Of a stretch of 64,000 nt of DNA, positions 48,040-60,884 are shown piece by piece. A model generated the notes under the pieces. That model was not told the origin of the DNA, made no database searches, and was given only the letters and a program-made list of their open reading frames with translations. The DNA comes from the human T2T-CHM13v2.0 reference genome, Homo sapiens. A program made the translations under genes and the position numbers. Where the stretch lies: the NCBI RefSeq assembly GCF_009914755.1, contig NC_060940.1. One strand, given 5' to 3'. Position 1 is the stretch's first letter, and every line of letters starts with the position of its first letter.

Positions 48040-48400
48040 CACTCATTAAACAAATTTTATTGGGCATCTACTAGGTGCTCGCAGTGGACTAGAGCATTCT
48101 GATGCTTGGTGGAGTGGAAAAAGACATGATTTTTGTGCCCTGAGGCTGAGATTTGGGTGGATGGGAGCAAATAATATATAATCACATTTGCAGATTCAAT
48201 AATTAATTCAGATTGCCAGAAATGTTCATAAGGCACCCAGCGAAAGAGGGGATAACTGGAGGAAGAAGATGCCTACTTTGGATAAATTTTTCAGGGAAGA
48301 TCTTTTTGGGGCAGGGTAACAGTTAAGCTGAAATCTAAGTAAGTGGACAAAGTTGGTCATGACAAGAACAAGCTAGGCCAATGGAACAGAAAGAGAAGAA
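48040..48400. mobile_element. L2 fragment
   Basis: cattaaacaaattttattgggcatctactaggtgc. Confidence 0.55.
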
Positions 48401-48909
48401 AAGGGAAGGGAGAAAGATGATTTAAAAATTTTTTAATGTTTTTAAACAGCTAGAAGTGGAAGTTAATCACAGGGCAAAGGCACATCCCCCAAAATCTCTG
48501 CCTGGAAATGTGGAAGGCATACAAAGGAACCAGATGGCAAAGGAAGCTGTGCACACCCCATGACGATCTCCAGCCTTCTGCCTCTAAACACCTCCACTGT
48601 GCCCGAGAGCAATGCTGCCGGCAAAAAGGGGAAAAGAGCCTTCATTGTCTCCTCTCATCCTACTGCCAGGCCCCACTTCCAGATTAGAAATAAAAGAGAG
48701 AATCTCCAAGCCACCAGCGGGTTAAAAAGAGAAGAAGGAAAATATGATCAAGCAGCAACGTCAACTGAACCTGCACACATAGACGTTTATGACTGTAAAA
48801 GAAAAAAAATGTCTAGAAGGACATTTCAAATTCCTAACACTGATTGTCTCTGAGAATAGACTCAGAATATGTTACAGCAAGCCTGTATTCTCTCTATAGT
48901 AATTATTTG

Positions 48910-49380
48910 GTCTCACATTTATTCAATATTTCCCAGGTGCCAGGCGCCATGTTGAATGTCTAGTTGATATTACTTTGTCTCATCCTCACAGCAACTCCAT
49001 AAAGTGGGTACGATTATTGATCAGTTTTGCCAATGAAATGATGGAGACTTGGAAGTTAGAAGACATCTGAAGGTCTCACAGCAGGAGGTGGCACAAAATT
49101 CAGGGCTGTATAACTCCAAAGGTTGGTGCTTTTAACCAACACACTGCCTCCTCCAATTCAAAAAGAATAAATTAAGCTTACATTAAGAGAGTACTTAGCA
49201 CATGCTGGGGGCTATGTACTTAATCCTTACAACAAGGATATAAGGCTGGCGCTATCTGGGTCCCCCTTTAATAGATGAGAAAACTAAAGGACAGAGACAC
49301 TTACTGGCTGGTAAGTGATGCATCCTGGATTCAAACCCAGGCTGTCTGGATCCGCAATTGGTGCTTCCACTACTAATCAA
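48910..49380 (-). mobile_element. Two MIR copies
   Basis: catcctcacagcaactcc; atagatgagaaaactaaagg; ggattcaaacccaggctgtctg. Confidence 0.7.
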
Positions 49381-50309
49381 TCTACAGAGCCTCTAAACTT
49401 AGAGTTGTGCCTGTTTTGTGCCAGGCACTGGACTGGGGATAAAAAATAAATGAGATCATCCTTTTATTCAAGCAGAATCATGATTAGGAGGAAATGCTGT
49501 GCTAAAAAGATAAGTCACAACCAGGATACAGCATGGTGGACCTTGTGTGCTTGCAACTGTGTAAAAACTCGTGCATATGTAAGTCTTCAAAACGTTCGTA
49601 TACTTGCAGCACGTGACAAGTAATTTCACTCCTTGTAACCTATCCTAAAGAAATCAGCCGAAATGCGGTCAAAACGCATGTGCAAAAATGCTTTTTGTAG
49701 CAAAGTATATGATAGCTAAAGCTGTCCCCCTGTGGGGATGTTGAATTAATTATAATACATCTATTTGAAGGGGTATTGTGCAGTCATTAAAATATTATGT
49801 TGTAATATGTAATGCTTTTAAAATATCTTTTAAAGCTTTTAATTACAAGGAGAAATGCTCATGATGCAGGATTAAGCAAAACAAGAAAATGAAGATTGCA
49901 ATTCTAGCACAATCTCGGTCATGTAAAATAATAAGATATAATTAAAATTACTACCAATAACAATAATAATATGTGAGAATAGGCCAAAGACTTAATAGTG
50001 GTTGTCTGTACGTGGTGAAATTATGGATGATTTTTGTTCCTGCTTCCTTGTTACTGTAGTTTCAAATCTTTGGAAAGTCATCATATATTACTTTTACAGT
50101 CAGGAAAAGGTGAGCATAAAATTATGTGCGGGAGAAAAGGCTGGAAGAAAATATAGAAATATATTAGCAGTGGTTATGATGGTGGGAGATAGTTGGCATT
50201 TTTCGTTCCTTTTTCAAGATTTTGTGTATGGCAGTGTTGTCACATTTGTAATGAAAAATACATAAAATTAAAGATGAATAATCCCAGCATAATTTATAGG
50301 AATGAAAAG

Positions 50310-50610
50310 TGCCTGAGTGTGGTGGCTCACGCCTGTAATCTCAGCACTTTGGGAGGCCAAGACGAGAGGACTGCTTGAGCTCAAGAGTTTGAGACCAGCC
50401 TGGAACATGGCAACACCCCGTCTCCACAAAAAATACGAAAATTAGCAGGGCATGGTGGCACATGCCTGTGGCAGCTATTTGGGGGAGGCTGAGGTGTGAG
50501 GACTGCTTGCACCCAGGAGGTTGAGGCTTCAGTGAGCTACGATTGCACCACTGCACTCCAGCCTAGGTAACAGAGCAAGACCCTGTCTCAAAAAAAAAAA
50601 GAGAGAGAGA
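50310..50610 (+). mobile_element. Alu (AluJ)
   Basis: gcttgagctcaagag; ttgaggcttcagtgagctacgat. Confidence 0.9.
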
Positions 50611-50837
50611 AGTTGAAAACAATATAGAAATTCAATTGAAGATTGATCAAATGAATTATGGTGTTACCTGGAAAAAAAAGGATATTATGCAGCCACTGGA
50701 AATAACGTTTGCAATGGGTTTTTAATGATGGAAGGGCATGTTTACAGTAGATGTTTAAGCCAAGATTTTGTATTAAGGCATCTCTCAATTTTTGAATAAT
50801 AACAGGGAAAATATTTAGAGGAAAATACACCTAAGTA

Positions 50838-51290
50838 TGTAAACCAAGTAAAATGACTGGGGCAAGTCGTTTTGACTCCCTTTGATTTCTGACTCATGAT
50901 TTAGAGGCTGATTTTGCTAAGGTTGAGGATGCACCCAGGAAAAAGAGAGTCAAGTCACAGTAGGATCTGTGGCCTGCACTTTTTTCAGAAAGTGTTTTAA
51001 GGACTTCAGTATTTAAATGGGAAATAGCAGGCAGGAGGGGAAGGAGGAAATTTATAAAAAGCGAGGGTAGGTACTGAGTTAAGTGGTCATCTTCTTGTGA
51101 GGCTTTGATTGGCGCTCACTTAATTGACAAGTTACATGTGAAAATGGGGGTAGTGGAACAGTCACTTATGCATTCATCTTGCACTCAGCAAATCTGCATT
51201 TTACATACAATAAAGTAAACATAGAGTAGAGGAAGAAGTCAAATATGCATTTGAGGTAAGTGGAGCTATGATTTCTATTCTTCCTTTCCA
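50838..51290 (-). mobile_element. ERV1 LTR fragment, MER4 group
   Basis: tgtaaaccaag end; attttgctaaggttgagga; agtcacttatg...aatctgcattttacata...aatatgcatttg. Confidence 0.7.
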
Positions 51291-51904
51291 GCATTATTGT
51301 AACAACAGATAATACCCATTCCATGCTAAGCATTTCTCCAAGCACCGACCAAAGATAATCATGCCTATCATGTGTGTTGAGGGAGGGAGGTTGATGATTA
51401 AATAATAGAAAACATTAAAGTGCTTATCTATTAATACATGCTAGCTCCTTTTGTGTTTAGCCACCTGGCTACAGATCAAATGCATCATTTCCAGGATCAT
51501 TTGTGAAGGAGATGTGTCACCTGGCTGGATCCTCACTCTCCAGGGGAACCTTAGCCTGGATACCTATGTCACAACAACAGCTCCTTCCAGAAGCAAGCGA
51601 TGCCATACATCGATACTCACCACCCACATTCTTGAATCTGAAGATTTCCAGGTGGTTAAGCTAGTAGTCATCGAGGAAGAGCACCCATTTTTCTAATCTT
51701 TTTATCCACCAAGGTGCATTTTTTTTTCTGTCAGTGGCCTTTAGAACTTCTGCTCAATAACCCTAGGTAAACTGGAATTACTGTGAACAGTACTAGGTGC
51801 GCTGGAGCAGAGTGGGAGGGAAATTGAGACAGTAAGACCTTATTCCTGAATTCAAGGAGCTTATGAGGAAGTAGCATTTGTAGCATCCTTAGAAGCAGTC
51901 CCCA

Positions 51905-52110
51905 CAGTGGGTAAGAGCAAAAGCACTGGAGCCTGACTTCCAGCTCTGTTGCTGGCTATGTAAGTGAGCTTGAGCAAGTTTCATACATTTTCTGTGCCTC
52001 CATTTCCTCATCTGTGAAATATGGATAAGAGTAGAACACACGCCACTGTGAATAAATCTAAAACTTTGAATAGTGCCTGGAACAGAGCAAGCACTTCAAC
52101 AAATTCTAAG
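51905..52110 (+). mobile_element. MIR
   Basis: tgagcaagtt...tctgtgcctccatttcctcatctgtgaaat. Confidence 0.75.
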
Positions 52111-52479
52111 GATTATAATAATTACTTATCTTACTGTAATTATCTGTGTCTATGACTGTCCCTCTACCAGATATCAGAGGATATAACTAGTCAGCAGTTT
52201 ATCTCTTGAATTCAAGTTGCAGGCATCTTGTATTAGGCAGCCCAAGACTCGTGTCTACCAACATACTGATTCTAGTACACAAAAATGCCTTTCTTGATAG
52301 ATCCAACAGAAATATTGCAAGAAAGGCTATGACTGGCCCAGCTTGGGTCACATGCACATCCTTGTGCCTGCAGGTATGGACCTTCCCATCTAATGGGATG
52401 AGTTCCCTAAAGGAAAGAGAAATTCTAGGGAAAACATGATAGGCAGGTATAATTACAGACATCCACAAAGGGAGGTCAT

Positions 52480-52825
52480 GATAATGAAGTTGAGATAGCC
52501 AGCTGATCCCCCAAATCTATCTTTTTTTTTTTTTAATTTTCTGAGCAAAACAGACAGGCTACACTTCCCAATCTCTCTTGCAGTCAGGATGGTGATTAAC
52601 ATGTAGGCCATGGAATGGAAGGTGGAAGGCTGAATTCCCTTCTGAGCCCATGCTTTTTAAGAAATGATGTGGGGCCTTCTTTTCACTGTCCTTCCCCTTA
52701 CACCAGCTGGATGGAGAGGATAAGTAGACACTAGAGAATGACCAGGAAACATACGTCTGTCATGTTGTTCCATTACCCGTCTGGGGCTATTTGTTACTCC
52801 CACCTAGTTTATCCTAACTCATACA
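52480..52825 (+). mobile_element. Old MaLR LTR (MLT1I/J-like)
   Basis: ctacacttcccaatctctcttgcagtcagg; ggggctatttgttac...cctaactcataca. Confidence 0.55.
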
Positions 52826-52887
52826 GGTAATAATACTAGAACTATAAATAGGGTTCAACTCATAAAAAGTTTTAAAAATCAGTTGGA

Positions 52888-52957
52888 AAAGAACCATGAG
52901 CAAATTAAACCTCTTTTCTTATAAATTACTCAGTCCCAGCTATCTCTTTATAGCAGT
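52888..52957 (+). mobile_element. MST/THE1 LTR 3'-terminal fragment
   Basis: aattaaacctcttttcttataaattactcagtc...tttatagcagtgcaagaa. Confidence 0.75.
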
Positions 52958-54398
52958 GCAAGAATGACCTAAAACACGTTATTATCCCCACTGCACAGAT
53001 GACGAAACTGAGGAACAAAGAATTAATCAAGTGCTTGGTTAAGTTAAGTAGCTGATAGAGCTGAAACTTTACATTATTGTCTGTAAAGCTGAAACTTTAC
53101 ACCATTGTCACCCACAACCTATCAATAGCCTATGAGAAAGACAGGGAAGGACCCACAACAAACCCTAAAACTCAAGCTCAGGGAAACAGAGTGAGTGCTC
53201 AATAAATGTTAGTTGAATGATTAAAACATCATAATGCCGGCAAGATCCAACAAATCAAAGATGCAGGGAAACTTCACTCACTCTACCCTCCCAAAAGATG
53301 CTGGAGAGACACTGAGAGATGACTCTGAATCTCTGCTTTTGCCACATTGGACTTGATGAAAGAAGCTCCCTCAAGTCAGCTCAGATGCCCATGGCAGTCC
53401 TGGGGCCAGGGAATTTATCTCAGGAAAAAAAAAATTGGTGAGGATATGCTTGCTTCATTAGCTGCCCATCGATGTGGAAGACTGACCAAAGAAAGATGTA
53501 TGTTCCAACCTCTCCAGAGAAAGAACCCAACAGGTTTTGACAGATATCCCTGAAGTCCCTGTCTGCACCTTTTAAACAGTTGGCTTAACAACTGCCTTTA
53601 ATTTCACCGAACATAAGTTATTGATCCTGATCTTCTGTTGCCTGGAAGCCCAATCTTGATTGCTAATTGAGCTATTGATTTGGGGCTCACATTAACCGTT
53701 CCTGAAGGGATGAATCCTGGGTAATGTGGGAAGGTGGGCTAGCGAGGTGGAGAAGGTGAGGGCTCTGCAGGAAAGTGATTTTAATTAGTAATAATAGCTT
53801 CATACTTAGCCAACTGGCTTGTAATACATGCAGTGACATACCCATAGATCAGGCAGAAAAACCAGTGGTCATCCTTCTATAGGAAAATTAAATTAGGTCA
53901 ATTATCTAACTGTTGGGTGATTTCAGATAGTTACTTAATTCAAAACATACCTCTTGCTGCACATGTCAGATCCGTAGCTCAGCCCCCAAAGCTTACTCCA
54001 GTTTGTATAATTAGTCAGGTTGGCCTCTCCCCTACCCCTTTCCGATATAATATTTTAATGCTTTGAAATTTCCAATAAAAAGAGGTCGTTAATAGGAGAA
54101 TGGCTATATAAAAGGGCTTACATCTCTGCCATTGAATTATTATGGAGTCACTTGTTGACACCAACTAACTTGACAGAGCAGATTCCACAATAGATGTATC
54201 ACAAGTTAAAAAGCCATGTTCCAGAAAGGTATGTATAAAACCATTACAGTTCCTTAAAAAATAAACAACAACCATATTGATTATATGAGCCAAGAGAAAG
54301 ACAAGGAAAGATCCACAACAAATCCTAATATTGGATAACATTGAGGTGGGCATGGAGGTGGGTGAGGGGAACACAAGTGTACTATTTAAGATCTAGTA

Positions 54399-54616
54399 GG
54401 CTGGGTGCAATGGCTCTCTGCTGTAATCCCAACACTTTGGAAGGCCAAGTTGGCAAGATTGCTTGAGCCCAGGAGTTTGAGACCAGCCTGGGCAACACAG
54501 GGAGACCCTGTATCTACAAAAAAAAATTAAAAAGAAAAATTAGCCAGGCATAGTGGCACACCCCTGTAGTACCAGCTACTCAGGAGGCTGAGGCAGGAGG
54601 ATCACTGCAGCCTAGG
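54399..54616 (+). mobile_element. AluJ, 3'-truncated
   Basis: Left arm and part of the right arm; stops at cagcctagg and joins L1 sequence. Confidence 0.9.
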
Positions 54617-55817
54617 CAGTGCCAAGAGGAAAGTTCATGGCCCCAAACACCCACATCAAAAAGTCTGAAAGAGCACAAACTGAAATTGTAAGGTAACATC
54701 TCAAGGAACTAGAGAAACAAGAACAAACCAAACCCAAACACAGCAGAACAAAGGAAATAACCAAGATCAGAGCAGAACTAAATGAAACAAACAGATAAAA
54801 ATACAAAAGATAAATAAAACAAAAAGGTGGTTCTTTGAAATGATAAATAAAATTGATGGACCATAGCAAGATTAACCAAGAAAAGAAGAGAGAAAATTCA
54901 AATAACCTCATTAAGAAATAAAACAGGAGATACTACAACTGACACCACTGAAATACAAAAGATCATTCATGGCTGCTATGAACACCTCTATGCACATAAA
55001 CTAGAAAACCTAGAAGAGATGGATAAATTCCTGGAAAAATACAACCCTCCTAGTTTAAATCAGGAAGAATTAGATACCCTGAACAGACCAATAATACGCA
55101 GCAAGACTGAAATTGTAATAAAAGAAATTACCAACAAAAAAAAGTCCAGGTCCAGACGGATTCACAGCAGAATTCTACCAGACATTCAGCGAAGAATTGG
55201 TACCAGTCCTACTGACACTATTCCACAAGACAGAGAAAGAGGGAATCCTCCCTAAATCAATCTATGAAGCCAGTATCACCTTAATACCAAAACCAGGAAA
55301 GGACATAACCAAAAAAGAAAACTACAAACAAATATCCCTGATGAACATAGTTGCAAGAATCCTTAACAAAATACTAGCTAACCAAATCCAACACCGTATC
55401 AAAAAGATAATCCATCATGATTAAGCAGGTTTCATATGAGGGATGCAGGGATGGTTTAATATACACAAGTCAATAAATTATGTGATACACCACATAAACA
55501 TAATTAAAAACAAAAATCACATGATCATCTTGATACAGAAAAAGCATTCAACAAAATCCAGCATCCCTTTATGATTAAAACTCTCAGCAAAATAGGCATA
55601 CAAGGGACATACCTCAATGTAATAAAAGCCATCTATGACAAACCTACAGCCAACATAATACGGAATGGGCAAACGTTGAAAGCATTCCCTCTGAGAACTG
55701 GAACAAAACAAGGATGCCCACTCCAACCACTTCTCTTCAACATAGTACTGGAAGTCTTAGCCAGAGCAATCAGACAAGAGAAAGAAAGAAAGGGCATCCA
55801 AGTTGGTAAAGAAAAGG
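54614..55817 (+). mobile_element. L1PB-type ORF2 internal fragment (linker and N-terminal RT), disrupted
   Basis: Peptides [21 protein letters not shown] and [27 protein letters not shown]; stops and frameshifts. Confidence 0.93.
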
Positions 55818-55907
55818 GTTGAATCAAGTGTACTCTCAGATGCGTTTCCATTAAACTGAATGACCTCGGCATGTCAGCTGGTTCTACAGAGCTCTGGGTG
55901 AATCAAG

Positions 55908-56046
55908 AGAATGTTTGAGATGATGGAAATGCTAAATATGAATTTCATCATTACATAATGTATATACATATCAAAACAACTGACTATACACCATAAATAT
56001 GTACAATTATTATGTGTGAATTAAAAATAAATAAATATTTTTTAAA
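55908..56046 (+). mobile_element. L1MA-type 3' terminus
   Basis: atgtttgagatgatgg...ccataaatatgtacaattattatgtg. Confidence 0.7.
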
Positions 56047-56265
56047 GAATCCAGTTTACTATCACCATATTTGCTGGAATCATAGGCATTGATTTTTCTT
56101 AGTAGAAAAATCTTCAGTAATTTTCCAGAAAGAAAAATCACCTGGACCAGAGTATCCATGTATGTCCCTGCCACAATCTGAGGCTTCTCCATGTAAATGT
56201 GGTGTGAAATCAGAAATGGGTTCAAATCCTACCTCCACCAGCATTTGCTAGCTTCAAACCTTCTT

Positions 56266-57532
56266 CTGAAAAAGAAATCAAGAAAGCAATCCCATTTATA
56301 ATAACAACAAATAAAATAAAATACCTGGGAATAAGTATAACCAAAGAAGTAAAAGATTTCTACAATGAAAACTATAAAACATTGATGCAAGAAATCAAAA
56401 AGGACACAAAAAATTGAAAGATATCCCATGTCCATGGATTGGAAGAATCAATATTCTTAAAATGTCCATACTACACAAGTACTTTACAGATTCAATACAA
56501 TCCTTATCAAAATACCAATAACATTCTTCATAGAAATAGAAAAAATAATCCTAAAGTTATATGGAACCACAAAAGACCCAGAATAGCCAAAGCCATTCTG
56601 AGCAAAACGAATAAAACTGGAGGAATCACATTACATAGCTTCAAATTATACTACAGAGTTATAGTAACCAAAACAGCATGGCACTGCCATAAAAACAGAC
56701 ACACAGACCAATGGAACATAAGAGAGAATCCAGAAATAAGTTCATATATGTACAGTGAACTCATTTTCAACAAAGGTGCAAAGAACGTACACTGGGGAAA
56801 AGACAATCACTTCAATAAATCTTGCTAGTAAAACTGGATATTCAAATACAGAAGAATAAAAGCAGGCTTATATTTCTCAACATATAAAAAAATCAAATCA
56901 AAACAGATTAAAGACTTAAATCTAAGACCTCTAACCATGAAACTACTACAAGAAAACATTGGGGAAACTCTCCAGGATACTGGCCTGGGCAAAGATTTCT
57001 TGAGTAATACCTCAAAAGCACAGTTAACCAAAGCAAAAATGGACAAATGTGATCACATGAAGTTAAAAAGCTTCTGCACAGCAAAGGAAACAATCAACAA
57101 AGTGAATAGACATATTCCCATAGAATGGGAAAAATGTTTGCAAACTACCCATCTGACAAAGGATTAATAACCATAATATATAAGAAGCTCGAACAACTCT
57201 ATAGAAAAAAATGAATAATCTGATTTTAAAACAGATAAAAGATCTGAATAGACATTCTTCAAAAGAAGACATACAAAGGACAAACAGCTGCATATAAAAG
57301 TACTCAACCTTACCGATCATCAGAGAAATACAGATCAAAACTACAATGAGATATCATCTCACTCCAGTTAGAATGGCTTATATCCAAAGACAGGCAATAA
57401 CAAATGCTAGGGAGGATGTGGAGAAAAGGGAACCTTCAAAAACTGTTGGTGGGAAAGTAAATTAGTACAACCACTTTGGAGAACAGTATGAAAGTTCCTC
57501 AAAAAACTAAAAACAGAGCTACCATATGATTC
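56266..57532 (+). mobile_element. L1MA1/2-like ORF2 C-terminal fragment
   Basis: Peptides [24 protein letters not shown] and MKLLQENIGETLQDTGLGKDFL. Confidence 0.9.
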
Positions 57533-58200
57533 CACCCCATTCCCTGGGGACATTTGACAATGCTTGGGAACATTTTTGGTTGTTACAACTGAGGTATGAG
57601 GCAAGACTTGACTCCAGAAGCAGGGCTTGGACACTGGACCAAATTGAGGACTAGCTAAAACAGGGATGAGGTGGAAGCAGCCTTCCAGAAGACATGCCCA
57701 TCCCTGTCCCATGTCAGTTTACCATTGCCATGGCAACACTCAGGATTTACCACTCCTTTCTATGGCAATGACCCAATGACCCAAAAGCTCTCACCTTTTT
57801 CCTAGAAATTTCTACATAAACCACCCCTTAATTTGCATATAATTAGAAGTAGGTATAAATATGACTGCAAAACCGTCATCAGCTGCTACTCTCTGCCCTG
57901 CTCTGCAGGAGCAGTCATGCAGCTGTAACACGGATGCTTCAATAAAGCTGTTTTCTTCTACGCTACCACCGGCTCACCCTTGAATTCTTTCCTGGCAAAG
58001 CGAAGAACCTTCGTCGGCTACGCCCCATGTGGGGGCTTGCCTGCCCTGCATTACAACAGGAAGAGGGGAATGCTACTGGAGTCTGGGGGGTAAAGGCCAG
58101 GGGAGCTGCTAACATCCTACAATGCACAGGACACCCCCCTCCCCACAATGCAGAATTATCAGGTCCAAAATATCAATAGTGCTGAGGTTGAGAAACCCTG
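57530..58200 (+). mobile_element. MER20, split by an LTR
   Basis: ggggacatttgacaatg...ttgttacaac | caac...aatagtgctgaggttgagaaaccctg. Confidence 0.85.
57590..58053 (+). mobile_element. ERV1 solo LTR (MER66-like, MER41-related)
   Basis: tgaggtatgaggcaagacttgactccag start; TATA 57854, AATAAA 57941; 4-bp TSD caac. Confidence 0.82.
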
Positions 58201-59585
58201 CTTTAGACCAATTCACTCTTCTTTTGCTATGCTAAATAAAGCACCAAATAACCTGAGTCCACCAGTCACAGACCCACATCATCAGCATGGAAATTGCACA
58301 GAGGATGTACCATCTCACATACCCACAAGGGCCACACAGCTCAGGGAACAACCACCAGGCAGCCACCCTGAAGACCCATAATCTTCACTGAAATAAACTG
58401 GGCTGGGGAGTGGCCACGAACAGCCCAGACCCCTTTCTCAAATCTGAGCCCAGAGCTGCAGCTCAGCAGGAAGTCAAGTCTGTTTGACAAGTGTAAGCTC
58501 CTTGTCAATGCTGCTAAAGGTTTCAAAGCCTCTCTCTCCAAGATGGAGGTGTCCTCTGAAGGAGAAACTTCCCAGCAGTCCCAGCCAGCACGATTCAAAC
58601 AGCAATAGCTTCCTGGAGCGGAGCCTGACCTTGTGCGGGCAGGAGCTCAGTAGAGGGGGGAGCAACGTTGATTTCTGAAGACTGTCAAGTGAGAGCTACT
58701 TTGGGCTGAGTTGTAGGAAACTGGAGATCTATAAACCTTTTTATGTGCGGAGAGAAAGGAGCCAGCATTGTTTCCAATGAGTTTCCCAGGCGAGAGGAGA
58801 CAACCAGAGGCTGAGTGACAGTCGGACAAGGAGCAAGTTTCCCTTTTATTAACAGGCTCATAAAGCTACTTTAAAAAATAAATTAAAGCTAGAAAAATAT
58901 ACTTGGATTTACTGCCAGAAGGGAAGGAGGATGGGTGCTGTGCTGATCAGCCTGGCAGTGACATCGCAGGGACACGCTCTTGCAAGATCAGCTGAATGTC
59001 CGGAGGCTGCAAAGCATACCCTAGGGCAAGTAGCTCTTGAGCTTTGACCCCAGGTAATTAGCACTGGCAGTCTGCAGCCTCAGGTGAATCCTGAGACAAA
59101 AAGCCCATCCCCAAGTCCTGGCTTTACAGTCTGGAGCAGGGGGCCTCTGAGAGTTCCTTCTGCACCATTCAGCCAGACCCTGAGATGGAGACCTATAAAT
59201 CACCATCGAGCTTGAGCCCTTATGCCTGTCCTGAGACTCCTCACTCATCTAGAGGCAAGCCCTGGAGCCTGGTGTCAAATGGATGCTCCATCCATTTTTC
59301 TTGCCTGTCCTCTGCTCCTCCTTTCCCCAACTCCAGTTTCCTTTCTGTTCCTTTTCCGCCTTCCTTCTGTTCTTTTTTCCCTTCTCAAAGTATTCCAATT
59401 GCCACTGTGTAAAGTGAGGCACACCTCATTTCTCATGTGAGCAGATATAACCATGTCATGTCACTCTACCATATATAATTCTCAGTGGCTTCCCCCTGAG
59501 GCCAACCAAGCCCCCTAGCATGGAACACAAAACATCATAGCTGATTCCAGACAGCTTTCCAGTCTCACCCCCAATACCAGTGCAT

Positions 59586-59589
<4 letters not shown>

Positions 59590-59631
<42 letters not shown>
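59590..59631. repeat. (CA)n microsatellite
   Basis: Seen directly. Confidence 0.97.
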
Positions 59632-59689
59632 AAATACATCACTTTCTGCCCTTCCCAAGCACAGCATATCATTTTAAGCCTCTACTCAC

Positions 59690-59920
59690 AATTATAATAA
59701 GCTGACATCTAATAAATGGTTTCCCCTATGCTGGAAGCTTTCTATTGATTCATTCATTGAATTTTCACAGAAATTGGATGAGGTTAATTCTGTCGTCCTC
59801 ATTTTTCAGATGCAGAAACAGGGGTTTAATGAGGCTAAAATGACCATCAAGGATGATATAGTGCTACAGATGGGATTTGATCCCAGCCAGGTCCAGCAGC
59901 ACAACCACAATGACCCTTGC
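59690..59920 (-). mobile_element. MIR
   Basis: ctcatttttcagatgcagaaacaggg...gggatttgatcccag. Confidence 0.65.
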
Positions 59921-60409
59921 TGCCTCCACAGCTATGTCACTGGACCTGCCCATCTCCCCCTTGGAAACTCTGACTCTTTCTCTAGGTGAAATAAAACCAT
60001 TTGCTTTTTTTTTTTTCTTTATAAACTGACTCTGATATGTATGTGCCCTGAAACTGTCTTTTTTTAAATTTCCCTTAACGTATGTATTGAATGCCAAAAA
60101 CGACGAGAGATACTGGCAATGCAGCAATGAATAGAAACCAACCTTGAAAATGAGGCCTCTGGATTTTAGATTCTGTGAAGCCAGGCACCAGATCTGCGTT
60201 GTTTGCTGGGTCCCTGAGACCTAGCACAGGACTTGCTATGGAGGAGGCATTCAAAATCCATTGAATGCAGAAAGTGGAAGATTGAATAAATGAAGGCAAA
60301 TTTAGAAGGAGGTGGCACCTCCTTGCTGAGATTCCATCTTGAAAATAACCCTGAGGCAATGTCCTTAGAGGGACGGTCCCATAGCCATAACCCATCAGCA
60401 CTACTGATG

Positions 60410-60880
60410 CCATCATTCATTCATTCAATAAATGTTAATCAAACTCCTGTTAAAGGCTGTGCCCAAGGTTAGGTGCTGGAGATGACAAAGAATAAAACAC
60501 AGTCCTTGCCCTTGAAGGCGTTAGCTGGCAAGAGAGCAAAAGGCAATTACAGTGTGGTGTCCTGAGTCTGCTACTGTAGGAGTCAACCACAGGTGGAGAT
60601 TTTGAGAGTACAGGGATGAGTTCCTAATCATATGTGAGAGATCATGGGAGGCTTCCTGGAGAAAGTGACATCTGAGCAGAGACTTGACGGATGAGAAGGA
60701 ATTAGCCAGATCTAAGAGAGAGAGAGAGTGTGTGTGTGTGTGTGTGTGTGCACACCTGGGGATGGTATCAAGAAACGTGCTCCAGGTGGAGGTGTCAACA
60801 TACACAGGATGCAGAGGCAAGAGAAAAGAGAAGCTGTTCATTATGGCTTGTGTATGTGTGGAACATAAAAAACTGGTAGG
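60410..60880. mobile_element. L2 fragment with internal (GA)n(GT)n repeat at 60714-60750
   Basis: cattcattcattcaataaatgtt; ggaggcttcctggagaaagtgacatctgagc. Confidence 0.75.
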
Positions 60881-60884
60881 CAAT

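Noticed and set aside
54614-57532. Reverse-transcriptase-like ORFs as a functional RT system
   Set aside because: These are L1 ORF2 fragments with stops and frameshifts, and the catalytic motif region is absent.
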